Positions 1-8,040 of a stretch of DNA of 37,797 nucleotides are shown piece after piece. The translations under genes and the position numbers were made by a program. This DNA is from an uncultured Gammaproteobacteria bacterium (GTDB taxonomy: Bacteria; Patescibacteriota; Microgenomatia; CAYXHB01), in assembly GCA_964464795.1 (NCBI GenBank), contig CAYXHB010000002.1, positions 1 through 37,797 on the forward strand. Direction: 5' to 3'. Under the pieces are notes generated by a model. That model did not search any database. It had not been told where the DNA came from and saw nothing but the letters and a program-made list of their open reading frames with translations. How positions within the stretch are numbered: position 1 is the stretch's first letter; each line of letters begins with the position of its first letter.

Positions 1-45
1 CGCGACAAAACTTCACTTATCAATCCCTAAGACTTCCAGTTAGCC

Positions 46-73
46 GTCATCCCGCACTTGATGCGGGATCCGG
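46..73. repeat. REP-like hairpin repeat (GTCAT head followed by a perfect stem-loop)
   Basis: There is a perfect 8-bp stem, ATCCCGCA (49-56) with TGCGGGAT (62-69), and a 5-nt loop. A sister hairpin CCCCGCA-TTAAA-TGCGGGG lies at 6464-6482. Confidence 0.6.
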
Positions 74-99
74 GAGTCAAGGTAGCTACAGTTCAAAAT

Positions 100-210
100 A
101 CCAGATTGCCCCGCCAGTAGTCGGGCACGCACATGCACAAATTAATTGAGAAACTTTGTGGATAATTTGTGTCCGCCTAGGCTCGGCGAGACTGGCTTTC
201 GCAATGACGA
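100..210 (+). repeat. Copy A of a ~100-nt multi-hairpin intergenic repeat
   Basis: It shares three blocks with copy B (17069-17170) in the same order: ACCAGATTGCCC (100-111), GCACATGCACAAATT (129-143) and TGGATAATTTGTG (159-171). The spacer between the last two blocks is 15 nt in both copies. A 9-bp stem pairs CACAAATTA (136-144) with TAATTTGTG (163-171). The element ends in an ATGACG tail. Confidence 0.65.
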
Positions 211-354
211 CTATATTTTATCCGTCATTCAGAGGGCAGCTCTGTATTCTTTGAGCTGTCAGTGGAATCCCCTCAGGACACTACAAGCTTTTGGTATATC
301 TATGGGATGATGGAAACTAGAAGCTCACTTTGACATAACTGATTAACAACTCTA

Positions 355-384
355 TTTACATCTCAAATAGAGAAGGAGTATTAT
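355..384 (+). promoter_or_regulatory. Candidate sigma70-type promoter (TTTACA-18 nt-TATTAT) upstream of the DUF4349 gene
   Basis: TTTACA lies at 355-360 and TATTAT at 379-384. The ATG at 393 is only 8 nt past the -10 element, which would give a near-leaderless mRNA. This conflicts with the alternative reading of GAAGGAG (372-378) as a distant ribosome-binding site. Confidence 0.35.
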
Positions 385-392
385 TTAAGATA

Positions 393-1370
393 ATGACAAA
401 TTTCTGGAATTGGATAATGAAAAACAAGCTGGCGGTGGGGTTGATAGTTGTGTTGCTAGGATACTGGTTGTGGAACAACAGTGATTTGAAATATAGAGGT
501 GTGAGCCGGAGCATGAGTTATAACTATGGAGGTGTAGCCACAGATTCTTATATTGGGAGTGCGGAAATGGGTATGCCGCAGTCTCTAAGCGTCAACTCAA
601 GAAGTACGATTGGCATAGCTCCGGCTCCGGATTATGCACCGGTAAGTGAATCTGCGAACCGAATGACCGTCCAGAATGGTTCAATGTCATTATTGGTCGC
701 TGACGTACGAGATACACAGCAGAAAATTAGCGAGTACGTAACCTCACAAAATGGTTATGTGGTCAACAGCAGTGCAACCCGGCCGACAGAGCAGCCATAT
801 GGGACGATTACAGTCAGGGTGCCGGCTGATAGATTGGCAGCAGCTTTTGACTATTTCCGGAGCTTGGGAATGAAGGTCACGAGTGAAAGCTTGAGCGGTT
901 ACGATGTCACTGACCAGTATGAAGATTTGGAAACAAAGCTTGGTTATCTGGAAAGGTCTCTAGCACAGATACAGGCAATCCAAGATAGAGCGGAGACTTA
1001 CGAGCAAATTTTGTCCGGCACACGCGAGGTGATAAATTTACAAAGGCAAATTGACGATTTGAAAGGCCGACAAACGTATCTGGAGCAGACGGCAAGATTG
1101 GCTCTCGTCAATATTGATATGTCTACAGATGAGTTAGCTCTCCCCTACGCACCTGACACAAATTTCCGTCCGGCACTTATCTTTAAGATGGCGGTTCGCA
1201 GTTTGATGGTTACGCTGCAAGACTTGGGTGGGAAAATAATCTGGCTGGCGGTGTACAGCGTGATTTGGTTGCCATTATTAATTATAATTTTTGTACTGAG
1301 AAGATTAATGATGAGAAAAAGTGCAGCAGCGAAAGGCGAAACAGGTCCCAAGAGCAGATTGATTTCCTAA
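393..1370 (+). CDS. DUF4349 domain-containing membrane protein
   Basis: The 325-aa ORF has an N-terminal TM helix. Its core (TITVRVPADRLAAAFDYFRSLGMKVTSESLSGYDVTDQYEDLETKL) is followed by a coiled-coil stretch and a C-terminal TM helix. That layout is typical of DUF4349 as I recall the family. Confidence 0.75.
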   Translation: MTNFWNWIMKNKLAVGLIVVLLGYWLWNNSDLKYRGVSRSMSYNYGGVATDSYIGSAEMGMPQSLSVNSRSTIGIAPAPDYAPVSESANRMTVQNGSMSLLVADVRDTQQKISEYVTSQNGYVVNSSATRPTEQPYGTITVRVPADRLAAAFDYFRSLGMKVTSESLSGYDVTDQYEDLETKLGYLERSLAQIQAIQDRAETYEQILSGTREVINLQRQIDDLKGRQTYLEQTARLALVNIDMSTDELALPYAPDTNFRPALIFKMAVRSLMVTLQDLGGKIIWLAVYSVIWLPLLIIIFVLRRLMMRKSAAAKGETGPKSRLIS

Positions 1371-1405
1371 CTTCAAGGTGGTGGGAAATTGCTCAGGTAT
1401 AAAAT

Positions 1406-3667
1406 TTAATCCAGCTTGAGGTTGCGAAGCTTGAGAGAGTTGGTGACAACGGAAACAGAACTAAAAGCCATAGCAGCTCCGGCAATCGCCGGATTTAGAG
1501 TAATCCCCCAGAGTGGGTACAAAATACCAGCAGCAATAGGAATGCTAATTACATTGTAAGCAAAAGCCCAGAATAAGTTCTGCTTGATAGTGCGTAGGGT
1601 AACTCGAGCTAACTTGAGGGTTGAGGGAATTTTGGTCAAGTTACCGCTTAAGAGGGTAATGCCAGCCGTTTCGTTGGCGATATCAGTCCCGGTGCCCATG
1701 GCTATTCCAACATCCGCTTGAGCTAACGCGGGGGCGTCATTTATGCCATCACCTACCATAGCCACTGTATAACCTTGTAATTGAAGCTGATTGATATGGT
1801 TGGCTTTGTCCTGAGGCAAGACTTGAGAAATTACGTGGTCGATTTGGAGTTGGGAGGCGATAGACTGGGCTGTGAGGTGGTTATCGCCTGTAATCATAAC
1901 CAAATGCAGACCTTGGGATTTGAGTTTGGCTATGACAGAAAGAGCTTCAGGCTTGATAGAGTCGGCAATGCCCAAATAGGCAATCACCTGTTTGGAGTTA
2001 GCGAAAACTACCGGCGTCTGACCTAATGATGTATAGCGGGAGACGATTTGTGAGTCTACGGTGATACCTTGGCTTTGGATAAACTGAGGGCTGCCGGCTT
2101 GGTAGGTAGTTTTGTTAATTTTGCCGCGTATGCCTTTGCCGGGCAGATTGCGGAAACTAGTTACGGGCAGAAGTCCTTTTTTGAGTGAGGAATAAGCCAC
2201 CATGGCATCGGCTAACGGATGCTCAGACAAACTCTCCAGTGATGCTAGGCGTTTGAGTACCCAAGCTCGCGGACGAGAGGTAACAATTTCCAAGTCAACG
2301 ACTTGAGGTTTACCTATAGTTAAGGTGCCGGTTTTGTCAAAAACCAAACAGTTAACATGAGCGCTTTTTTCCAGATACTGGGCGTTTTTAATCAAAATTC
2401 CATGACTAGCTCCTAGGCCAACTCCGACGATAACAGCTGTGGGAGTAGCCAAACCCAGAGCACATGGACAAGCAATGACAAGAATGCCCACGACGCTAAT
2501 TAATCCCAGAGAAAATGCTTGAGTCACAGGGAGAAACTGACTGCCGATTATTATCCAGGATAGAAAAACCGTGAGCGCGAAAACCAAAACTACAGGAATA
2601 AACACAGCCGACACCCGGTCCACAAGACGCTCGACAGGGGCTTTGGAGGCTTGGGCGGTTTGGACATAGGCGATAATTTGGGATAGGAGAGTTTGGTCTC
2701 CGACCTTGGTGGCTCGCATGAGAAAGGATCCACTAGTATTGATAGTTGCGCCAATGACAGAGTCACCAGTCTTTTTCTCTTGGGGCAGCGATTCGCCGGT
2801 CATTGATGACTCGTCAATCCAAGAACTTCCGTTGATAATAACCCCGTCAACAGGTATCTTTTGGCCTGGCTTAACACGCAAGATATCATCAACTTTAACC
2901 TCCTCAATGGGAATTTGGGTTTCTTGGTTGTCTTTGACCAGGAGAGCTGTTTTGGATTGTAGTTGGAATAGTTTTTGTAGAGCCTGACTGGTTTTTTGTT
3001 GGGAATTGGATTCTAAATATTTACCGAATTTGATAAAACTGATGACAATAATAGTGACGTCGAAATAGACAAACTCGTTCGTGCCTAACCAGTTTGTAAA
3101 TTGCGGAAGGAAAAAAACAGCGCTACTGTAAATGTAAGCGGTCAAAGTCCCAATACCAACCAAGCTGTCCATGTTGGCAACCTGATAGCGGACAAAATTA
3201 TAGACTGCCTGGATGAATTGTCTGCCAGGACCAAAAAGAGCATATGTGGCAATGAAAAAAAGCAATAAATTAAATACGTCCATAGGGAAAGACATCGGAG
3301 GAAAAGACGGGACGAGCCTGCTAACAAGGTCCCAAAGCATGAAGGTAAAAACGACTAGTGACACCGGCAAAAGACTCAAAGCGCCGGATTTGAGCTGTGA
3401 GAACTCCATATCCGGGTCATGAGAAGATGGAGATTGTGATGACTTGGGGTCAGATAACGCGTAACCATACTTAGTTAGCTCGTGATTTAAGTCAGTCAGG
3501 GATGTTTGCTTGGGTTGGTAAGTGATTTGGGCGGTTTTGGTTGAGTAGTTAACTTGGATGCCAGTGACCCCTGGATGTTTAACCAGCTTTTTGGTGATAA
3601 CTTGAGCGCAACTGGCACAATGCATGCCACCAACATCAAACGACTGGGTAAGTTTATCGGATGTCAT
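1406..3667 (-). CDS. copA: Copper-translocating P1B-type ATPase
   Basis: The 753-aa ORF has an N-terminal HMA motif GMHCASCAQ and the CPC transmembrane metal site ([11 protein letters not shown]). It also carries DKTGTLT, SEHPLA, TGDN and GDGINDAP. Confidence 0.95.
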   Translation of the reverse strand: MTSDKLTQSFDVGGMHCASCAQVITKKLVKHPGVTGIQVNYSTKTAQITYQPKQTSLTDLNHELTKYGYALSDPKSSQSPSSHDPDMEFSQLKSGALSLLPVSLVVFTFMLWDLVSRLVPSFPPMSFPMDVFNLLLFFIATYALFGPGRQFIQAVYNFVRYQVANMDSLVGIGTLTAYIYSSAVFFLPQFTNWLGTNEFVYFDVTIIVISFIKFGKYLESNSQQKTSQALQKLFQLQSKTALLVKDNQETQIPIEEVKVDDILRVKPGQKIPVDGVIINGSSWIDESSMTGESLPQEKKTGDSVIGATINTSGSFLMRATKVGDQTLLSQIIAYVQTAQASKAPVERLVDRVSAVFIPVVLVFALTVFLSWIIIGSQFLPVTQAFSLGLISVVGILVIACPCALGLATPTAVIVGVGLGASHGILIKNAQYLEKSAHVNCLVFDKTGTLTIGKPQVVDLEIVTSRPRAWVLKRLASLESLSEHPLADAMVAYSSLKKGLLPVTSFRNLPGKGIRGKINKTTYQAGSPQFIQSQGITVDSQIVSRYTSLGQTPVVFANSKQVIAYLGIADSIKPEALSVIAKLKSQGLHLVMITGDNHLTAQSIASQLQIDHVISQVLPQDKANHINQLQLQGYTVAMVGDGINDAPALAQADVGIAMGTGTDIANETAGITLLSGNLTKIPSTLKLARVTLRTIKQNLFWAFAYNVISIPIAAGILYPLWGITLNPAIAGAAMAFSSVSVVTNSLKLRNLKLD

Positions 3668-4214
3668 ACCAATCTTGCCTGAGAGTTTCTAACACTGGAA
3701 GGGTGGTGCGCAGAAAATTCTCTACACTATCGGCGTTATTAAGCACTTGCGAGCGCGATGACTTAGTGCGGATTTCTTGAGTCATTTCAATGCCCTGTTG
3801 ATGGTGGAAAATGAGAGCGTTGAGGAAGCGAAGGTCAAAAGTTTCGTCTACTTCCCCCAGACGAGCAACGGGAGGGTCTGCAACTTGACGGGAGTTGTCG
3901 TACCAAGCCAATTTGAATTCATACAGTTCGGAAATCAACGCGGGTTCGTCAGCAAGGATGCTGGTGGCAAGTTGGCTAATTTCAGGGCGCTGGCTCTGTT
4001 GCGCTTGCTCTGCCAGCAACATAGCTCCTCGATGATGGGCAATCATGGCGTCCAAATAGCGCAAATCAACCCAACGGTCAGCTGCTCCCAAGTTCATTGA
4101 TTCTTGAGACATTGATTGGTAGTCAGGGTTAAAGTAATAGCCAACACTAATGCCAATCATCAGACTGGCAACTAAAGAAGAAATTATGAATGGTAAAGAG
4201 TATTTAGTCTGCAT
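3654..4214 (-). CDS. DUF305 family protein with an N-terminal membrane anchor
   Basis: The 186-aa ORF has two copies of the DUF305 signature, [22 protein letters not shown] and [20 protein letters not shown]. It overlaps copZ by 11 nt and copA by 14 nt. Confidence 0.85.
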   Translation of the reverse strand: MQTKYSLPFIISSLVASLMIGISVGYYFNPDYQSMSQESMNLGAADRWVDLRYLDAMIAHHRGAMLLAEQAQQSQRPEISQLATSILADEPALISELYEFKLAWYDNSRQVADPPVARLGEVDETFDLRFLNALIFHHQQGIEMTQEIRTKSSRSQVLNNADSVENFLRTTLPVLETLRQDWYDIR

Positions 4215-4425
4215 GAGTGGATGAAACTTGGTAACCTAGATTACTAATAGTTGCGATAATTTGCTCTATCGAAACTTGGTTGGGGTCGTAACTAACAACT
4301 AAACGTGAGGTAGCGTAATCAGTATTGGCACTCTTGACTCCAGTCAAGTCTTCCAGGTCACAGTCTATATTGAGAGCACAACTGGTGCAGTGCATATTGG
4401 AAATTTGGAGTGTAATTTGGTTCAT
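4204..4425 (-). CDS. copZ: Heavy-metal-associated (HMA) copper chaperone
   Basis: The 73-aa ORF has the MHCTSCALN metal-binding loop of a ferredoxin-like HMA fold. Its start overlaps the csoR stop in an ATGA junction at 4422-4425. Confidence 0.85.
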   Translation of the reverse strand: MNQITLQISNMHCTSCALNIDCDLEDLTGVKSANTDYATSRLVVSYDPNQVSIEQIIATISNLGYQVSSTHAD

Positions 4426-4703
4426 GATTGTTTTTGGAAAACTGTAATTAACTCATTAATAACTTCTTCACCTTTACCTTCTTGGATGGCATTGACGGTG
4501 CAGTGATGCAGATGGTGTTTGAGTAAAACCGCATCAACTTGTTTGAGTGCGTTTTGGACTGCCCGTGATTGGTTAACTACATCAATACAATAGTCGTCGG
4601 CTTCAACCATGGAAATGACTTTGTCCAGATGGCCACGAGCTATCTTGAGCCGATGGAGAACTTTGTGATTGGTTGATTGGTTTCGTGGTATTCCTTTTGG
4701 CAT
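4422..4703 (-). CDS. csoR: CsoR/RcnR family metal-sensing transcriptional repressor
   Basis: The 93-aa ORF has RLKIARGHLDKVISMVE plus a C-H-C ligand pattern: Cys in DDYCIDV, and His and Cys in HHLHHC. It is the first gene of the copper operon. Confidence 0.9.
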   Translation of the reverse strand: MPKGIPRNQSTNHKVLHRLKIARGHLDKVISMVEADDYCIDVVNQSRAVQNALKQVDAVLLKHHLHHCTVNAIQEGKGEEVINELITVFQKQS

Positions 4704-4705
4704 CT

Positions 4706-4728
4706 TATATCCCCCCTATGGGGATATA
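4706..4728. promoter_or_regulatory. CsoR-type operator palindrome
   Basis: TATATCCCC-CCTAT-GGGGATATA has perfect 9-bp inverted arms and a C/G-tract core like known CsoR operators. It sits 3-25 nt upstream of the csoR ATG and overlaps the candidate -10 element. Confidence 0.6.
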
Positions 4729-4754
4729 ATACTGCTAAATAATCCGGGAGTCAA
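4726..4754 (-). promoter_or_regulatory. Candidate sigma70-type promoter of the csoR-copZ-DUF305-copA operon
   Basis: On the minus strand it reads TTGACT (4754-4749), a 17-nt spacer, then TATTAT (4731-4726). The -35 element overlaps the stop codon of the upstream permease gene, and the -10 element overlaps the operator arm. Confidence 0.5.
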
Positions 4755-5761
4755 ACAACCATCAGTTGACCCTGATACATGCCCATGGAACACATGAAGG
4801 TGAGATTTCCGGGCTGGGAAGGAGCCGTAAATTCCAGTGTCTGGGTTTGCCCTGCTCTCACAACACGCTCAATATTAAGTTCGGGGATGGTGAAAGCTTG
4901 GATACAACCTTGGCCTTCCTGGTTTACGAGATTTAGCTTAACCTTGGAGCCAGCCGCAATGGATTGGCCGCTTGTTATTTGGTATCCGTTGGTATGAAAA
5001 ACAATAGTTGCTTCGGTGGAGACATCATCACTCGATACACTTGCGTCAGGAGTACAAACAGTGACCAAACAATGTGCTTGGGACAGTAACCTCGCTGCGA
5101 CTTGGTTGCCTGAGAGAGAGAAACCGCCAATAAGGTTATAAATTGCTATCATAATAATGGCAGCAGACACGTAAGGAGTGAGTCGGGTTGATAAATTCGA
5201 GCTTATTTTTGTAGTGGCCAAACCCAGAGCTAGGAATAAAGGTGATGTGCCGATTATAAAGATAGCCATGACCAAAGCTCCTTGTAATCCAGTGCCGGTG
5301 GTCAGGGCGTAGGCCATCATGGCTTGAGTAGCACCACAGGGAATGAAAACGGTTGAAACCCCCAAAAGTCCTGGGGCAAACAAAGCTTGGCTTTGGCTCT
5401 GATTACGTGCGTATTTCATGAAAACTTTTGGGGGTTTAATGACGAAGTATCTGAAAAGTGGATGTGCTTGGAGCAAATTAAGTGCGGTACCAATCATAAA
5501 AACAGCCACAGCAATCTGAATTCCTGCACGCAGTTGGAGAGAGAGTTGGAACACTGCTCCAAGGCTACCAAGTAAAAATCCCAAAACTGTATAGCCAACG
5601 AGTCTGGAACTTAGGAAAGCAATGGTTTGCTTAAGCGGAGATAAAACGTTTTCTTGGTTCTTGGATTGAGCCAAGAGAGTCCCCAGCAACCCTCCTTGGA
5701 CAGCGAAGCACGTCAGTCCTCCAGAAAGCAGTCCTGATATGAAAACAGCGAGCAGACTCAT
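4751..5761 (-). CDS. DsbD_2/TauE-like polytopic membrane protein fused to a C-terminal cupredoxin-like domain
   Basis: The 336-aa ORF has about 6 TM helices starting GLLSGGLTCFAVQGGLL. A soluble ~95-aa C-terminus ends in NLTFMCSMGMYQGQLMVV, a Cys/Met-rich cupredoxin_1-like motif. The gene lies directly upstream of the copper operon. Confidence 0.55.
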   Translation of the reverse strand: MSLLAVFISGLLSGGLTCFAVQGGLLGTLLAQSKNQENVLSPLKQTIAFLSSRLVGYTVLGFLLGSLGAVFQLSLQLRAGIQIAVAVFMIGTALNLLQAHPLFRYFVIKPPKVFMKYARNQSQSQALFAPGLLGVSTVFIPCGATQAMMAYALTTGTGLQGALVMAIFIIGTSPLFLALGLATTKISSNLSTRLTPYVSAAIIMIAIYNLIGGFSLSGNQVAARLLSQAHCLVTVCTPDASVSSDDVSTEATIVFHTNGYQITSGQSIAAGSKVKLNLVNQEGQGCIQAFTIPELNIERVVRAGQTQTLEFTAPSQPGNLTFMCSMGMYQGQLMVV

Positions 5762-5841
5762 ATGCTGCGAAGTTTAGATGGTTTAATGAGCAATTTCAAA
5801 TTTGAGTAGAAGTTTTAGAAGTTTAGCACTATGATAAAAAT

Positions 5842-6297
5842 ATGTCGGAAACTATTTTTGACAAAATTGTCAGTGGCGAAGTTAAGAGTTGGAAAGTCTG
5901 GGAAAGCGAAACTCATTTGGCTTTTCTGACTCCTTTTGCCAATACGCCCGGGCAAACCGTGGTAATACCGAAAACAAATTTGGGTGACGATGCGTTTGAG
6001 TTAAGTGAAAACGATTATCTGGAGTTGATGCGAGTGTGCAAAGTGGTAAGTGAGTTATTGAAAAAAGCTCTAAGCGTAAGTCGTGTAGCCTTAGTGGTAG
6101 AAGGCACTGGAGTAGCGCACGTGCATGTCAAACTCTATCCCTTGCATGGAAAGATGGCAAAAAAACTTGACCTTGAGCACCCGACTCATCAGGAATTTTA
6201 TCCTGAGTACGTAGGTTATCTGAGTACTGTGGAAGGACCTAAGATGGATGATGAGCAATTGGATAAGCTATCGGCGCGAATACGGGCAGTTGAATAA
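5842..6297 (+). CDS. HIT (histidine triad) family protein with a variant triad
   Basis: The 151-aa ORF has a HIT-like N-terminus (IFDKIVSGEV..HLAFLTPFANTPGQTVVIPK). Its triad region reads GVAHVHVKLYP, which is H-x-H-x-K rather than H-x-H-x-H. Confidence 0.8.
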   Translation: MSETIFDKIVSGEVKSWKVWESETHLAFLTPFANTPGQTVVIPKTNLGDDAFELSENDYLELMRVCKVVSELLKKALSVSRVALVVEGTGVAHVHVKLYPLHGKMAKKLDLEHPTHQEFYPEYVGYLSTVEGPKMDDEQLDKLSARIRAVE

Positions 6298-6308
6298 ACT
6301 CAATCGTT

Positions 6309-6411
6309 GTCATCTTGAGCGAAATGAAATGGAGTCGAAAGATCTCTTGGCTGTTTTGTGTTATTGAAGTCCACCCATACCAAGAGATTCCTCCGCTTCG
6401 GTCGGAATGAC
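6309..6411. repeat. Inverted pair of REP-like elements (GTCAT...CTCTTGG / CCAAGAG...ATGAC)
   Basis: The left arm GTCATCTTGAGCGAAATGAAATGGAGTCGAAAGATCTCTTGG (6309-6350) faces the right arm CCAAGAGATTCCTCCGCTTCGGTCGGAATGAC (6380-6411). The inner 9 bp, ATCTCTTGG and CCAAGAGAT, are perfectly complementary across a 29-nt spacer. Confidence 0.6.
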
Positions 6412-6463
6412 AAGGCTGGTGGCAACCTGGTTTTCATGTTCTGCATCTGCCGCAAGTCCCAGA

Positions 6464-6482
6464 CCCCGCATTAAATGCGGGG
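6464..6482. repeat. REP-like hairpin, sister of the one at 49-69
   Basis: CCCCGCA-TTAAA-TGCGGGG forms a 7-bp perfect stem with a 5-nt loop. Confidence 0.6.
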
Positions 6483-6600
6483 AGACGAGGAGGTGTGACA
6501 GGAAGACGAGGAAAAATGTTAGTCATCGTTTTAATGAATATATACAAGGAGGATGAGTATTTTTGGGCTAGGTTTGCGACTCTGAGGTATCCTTATATTA

Positions 6601-7620
6601 ATGATTAAATTCTGGGTGGGATTGTTAGCGGGAATATTGTTGACCGGAGTAGTTACCGCTGGAGTGTTTATTTATTATCAGAGCAGGAAAGTTGATGTGA
6701 CAATAAAAGAAATCCCCACGATAGCTGATAGGGAAAAACCTCTGATGAGGTTTTCGTTCCCAGAGCTAGCACAAACTCAATTTGAGCCGACTGAGATTGA
6801 AGTTTTGGAAGAACAAGCCCGCGGAACAGGTTGGGTTAGTTACAAAATTGCTTACACTTGGGAAGGCCGAAGAATAACTGGGCAACTGACACGGCCGACG
6901 GGTGAAGAATATGCTGGTAAAAGACCGGTGATTATCATGGTGCGGGGCTATGTTGCTCCAAGTCAGTATGAAACCGGCATGGGTACTCGAAATGCGGCGC
7001 GGGTGTTTGCTAGTAACGGCTTCCTGACTATATCGACTGACTTCTTGGGATTTGGGGCCTCGGATAATCCAGAGAATGATATTTGGTGGGAGCGGTTTAG
7101 CAAACCTTCGCAAGTACTTCAATTAATTAAATCTGCGGAAACACTCCCCTACGCTGATATCAAAAATATTGGCATTTGGGGACATAGCAACGGCGGACAA
7201 ATTACACTGTCAGTATTGGAAATTACAGGAGGAAATTACCCCACCAGTTTATGGGCTCCGGTAAGTGTGTCTTTTCCGTATGGAATACTGGTGTTTACCG
7301 AAGGGACAGAGGATGACGGTCTGGCATTACGCAGAAATTTAGCGGCCTTTGAGTGGGACTATGATGCAAGGATTTTCTCGATATCTTCATATCTGGATAG
7401 AATCCAAGCGCCGATGATGCTCCATCAAGGGTCGGCTGACCCTGATGTCCCGCAGTGGTGGAGCGATGCCTTGGCGAGGAAGTTGCGCAACTTGGATGCA
7501 GATATAACTTACCATGTCTACCCAGGGGCTGACCATAATCTCCAACCGTCATGGCAAACGGTGGTTAACCGAGATGTGGAGTTTTATAAGGAAAATTTGG
7601 ATGGAAATATTGAGGAATGA
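6601..7620 (+). CDS. Membrane-anchored alpha/beta hydrolase, S9 prolyl-oligopeptidase/dienelactone-hydrolase-like
   Basis: The 339-aa ORF has an N-terminal TM helix and the nucleophile elbow GIWGHSNGGQ. A late acidic residue and His (GSADPDV, PGADHNL) fit a Ser-Asp-His triad order. Confidence 0.75.
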   Translation: MIKFWVGLLAGILLTGVVTAGVFIYYQSRKVDVTIKEIPTIADREKPLMRFSFPELAQTQFEPTEIEVLEEQARGTGWVSYKIAYTWEGRRITGQLTRPTGEEYAGKRPVIIMVRGYVAPSQYETGMGTRNAARVFASNGFLTISTDFLGFGASDNPENDIWWERFSKPSQVLQLIKSAETLPYADIKNIGIWGHSNGGQITLSVLEITGGNYPTSLWAPVSVSFPYGILVFTEGTEDDGLALRRNLAAFEWDYDARIFSISSYLDRIQAPMMLHQGSADPDVPQWWSDALARKLRNLDADITYHVYPGADHNLQPSWQTVVNRDVEFYKENLDGNIEE

Positions 7621-8040
7621 TGTTAGAATCGACTTATGAAAGAGTCCGGGAAAAGAGTTTTGAATAAACTTGATAGAGCGGCCGACAGAATCAGGAGGTC
7701 TCCAGCAGGAGATCAGGGGAGCAACACCTCTTTGATATAGCAGGTGCACTCACTCCTGAGCCTCGTAGATACCAAAGGCCTGTAAGCCTCCTGTTGGACT
7801 ACCAAGTCTGTAGATTGGCATATTTAGTGATGGTGAAAGTGGAAAAAATGCTTTGGTTATAAGCGGACATGTGGTGGGAATTGATAGCGAGAATTTGGAG
7901 GCGTTCAAAGAGGAAGTTAAAAACGCTAAAGCAGAACATAGAACTCCAAACTTTGATGGGATTAAGATACAGCTCAAACGTGGTAATCTGGACAGACTTG
8001 CACGTTGACAGGTAGGCAGACTCATTGCATAGTGGAATCT

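Noticed and set aside
7638-7690. RNase P RNA-like strings: GAAAGAGTCCGGG, then ACAGAATC about 40 nt later.
   Set aside because: In bacterial RNase P RNA the GGAAAGUCCGGGC and ACAGAA elements are roughly 300 nt apart. Other universal elements, such as the GGUAAGGGUGAAA-type motif, are absent here, so the layout is wrong.
7549-8025. Two minus-strand ORFs (66 and 91 aa) in the gap between the S9 hydrolase gene and pgk.
   Set aside because: Their translations are rich in Ser, Leu and Cys, with no start context or motif. The opposite strand looks more protein-like in part of the region, as described in the findings.
8005-8040. The TTG-initiated N-terminal extension of pgk given in the track.
   Set aside because: The extension (MTGRQTHCIVES) has no counterpart in PGK N-termini. 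The ATG at 8041 gives the expected short lead-in to the GK(T/R)VL(L/V)R motif.
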